40,751 nt of DNA from Sphaeroforma arctica JP610 (Eukaryota), in NCBI RefSeq assembly GCF_001186125.1, contig NW_014040406.1, forward strand, positions 1-40,751. Reading direction: 5' to 3'. Numbering within the stretch: the stretch's first letter is position 1; every line of letters begins with the position of its first letter. Positions 39,059-40,751 of the stretch are shown in pieces. Made by a program: the position numbers and the translations under genes. Below the pieces are notes generated by a model. It had not been told where the DNA came from and did no database searches. It was given only the letters and a program-made list of their open reading frames with translations.

Positions 39059-40751
39059 TTACACACTACAAAGGGTCAAAGGCGCTTTAAGGCAGTGAAA
39101 GGCTACATGAGGCGAAGAAGTTAAGTGTTCTCGGTTACCCTGTGAGTTTTGTTTACCAGTAGGTCCGTGGTGGTCGACTGGACGTTCCTTACGCTTCAAT
39201 GTCTTAAGCACATATGAAGAATGAGCATCAAGGCTCGGGATAAATGCTGTAGGCGGATAAGTTTTAACTTCCATTCCTTCAGCCGATGGAAACATGCTAT
39301 CTTTTTCAGCTTGTGACTTATGCAGGCGTTTACGGCATTTTCGATTAAAGGCTTTTAAATAGTCTTGGTTATCGAAAGCATCTGAAGTCAACTCAGCTAT
39401 TGTACCGTCTATAAAGCGTGTACGATAGTATGTATAGCCTCCCTTATCCATTCTCCATATAATGTCTTTAAATTCAGAACGATCAAGAGGGGCATTAGAG
39501 TCATGTCCTCTTGCGAGTATAATCTCTGTAGTCGGAATACGACTTGTGCCTATATTAAGCGCACTAGAACCATCGGGGTTATTTACCTCGTATGTTCCAC
39601 TTTTAGTGTCTGCTACAGAGATTATGTATGGACCTATCCATTTAGATGTTAATACAGTAGCATCGGAATTACGTTGACGGATGTTAACTCTGTCACCAAC
39701 CTGATATTCGGCTATCTTCTTGGTTGTGTTCCAACGCTTTTGCCTTTTTAATAAGGCTATATTGCGTATTTCTCGCAAGCAAGGATATACAACGTTATAA
39801 ATACGTTGGACCTTCTCTAACCATGGTAACTCATGGTGATCGGGTTCGTCCTTGTTAAAAGGGATTTGTAACTCACTATATCTGCCACGAAAATAGTGAG
39901 CGGGTGTAGTTCCTGTAACAGGATCATCACACTCGTTCATCTGTGTTTGTACCCACTTAAGGTGGTACGGCCAATCATCTGCATCATCCGTTAATGTAGT
40001 ACGCAAGAAGAACTTAAGTCTTCTATGGCGTGTTTCATTCGCGCCTTGCGTTTGCGGCATATATGGCACACCTCTCTTATGGCATATGCCTGATACGAGT
40101 ACTAGCGATTCCATTACGTCATCGCAGAACTCACTACCGTTATCAGTGTACATAATACCTGGCCACCCGTGGTCAGCAAAGACTTGGCAACATAATTCTG
40201 CCACGGTCTGCGTATTCTTATTCTTTAATGGATAGAGCAAGTTAAACTGTGACGCCACATCAAAGAAGTGGCATACGTAACGGTCGCCTGTGTGCTCAGA
40301 CGTGGGCAGGTCAACCAGATGAATGATGACCCAGCGCCATGGAACATCTTCAGTCACACTCTTAAGCGGTGCGAAACCATAGCGCTTGATCTGATTGAGA
40401 TCACAGTCTGTGCATGACTGATATACTTTGTCAACTAAAGTTGCCAGCTTAGGGTGGGCGATCCCATGTCGCTTAGCATCTTTAAGTGCTTCTACTACGG
40501 TTTGGTGCTTCAGCTTATGATGTTGCTTCAGCCAAGCAAGAATGTTTTCATCATTCTGCTCGTCCATTATAAAGGTAGGGTGTTGAGAATCTTGCGTGGT
40601 CTCTAAGTCTGTAGTGTTTTCAGACTCTTGTCCTGTTTTTGCATGAGCGTCATAATCGCGCTCATGTGCGTTAGATACACCTGACTTATTAAATAGTCGC
40701 ATTATATGTGTATACGCTTCAGGATTGTCTTTCATTAATCCCTTTAAAAAT
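39059..40751 (-). mobile_element. 3' part of another Ty3/Gypsy pol: RNase H end, integrase and degenerate chromo-like tail; truncated by the window edge
   Basis: 558-aa ORF with HHKLKH...CTDC, VIIHLV (first catalytic D appears as H), MYTDNGSEF, GANETRH, GDRVNIR...WIGPY and DIIWR..YYRTRF. Confidence 0.9.

Overview
Intron-rich, microsatellite-rich eukaryotic DNA. The low-molecular-weight thioredoxin reductase argues against an animal; a unicellular opisthokont such as an ichthyosporean would fit, but that is inference. The left ~22 kb holds three host genes: the first exon of a TRR1/trxB-type thioredoxin reductase (-), a multi-exon DUF389 membrane protein (-) and a 7-exon SLC35F/DUF914 transporter (+), with minisatellite-filled introns. 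The right ~16 kb is a nest of Ty3/Gypsy LTR retrotransposons. It comprises an old + strand relic, a structurally complete but frameshifted 8.7-kb element inserted into it (28108-36802, - strand, ~327-bp LTRs, TGAC target-site duplication, PPT), and the integrase/3' end of another element at the window edge. Main finding: the complete element carries a Dam-like amino (probably N6-adenine) DNA methyltransferase domain (DLFAS...NPPW) between RNase H and a DDE integrase plus chromodomain. That domain is typical of tyrosine-recombinase DIRS elements, not of the canonical Ty3/Gypsy pol. The same element has no tRNA-type PBS and has a 2.4-kb leader ending in a branch point and 3' splice site just before gag. 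All calls come from reading motifs by eye; no searches were run.
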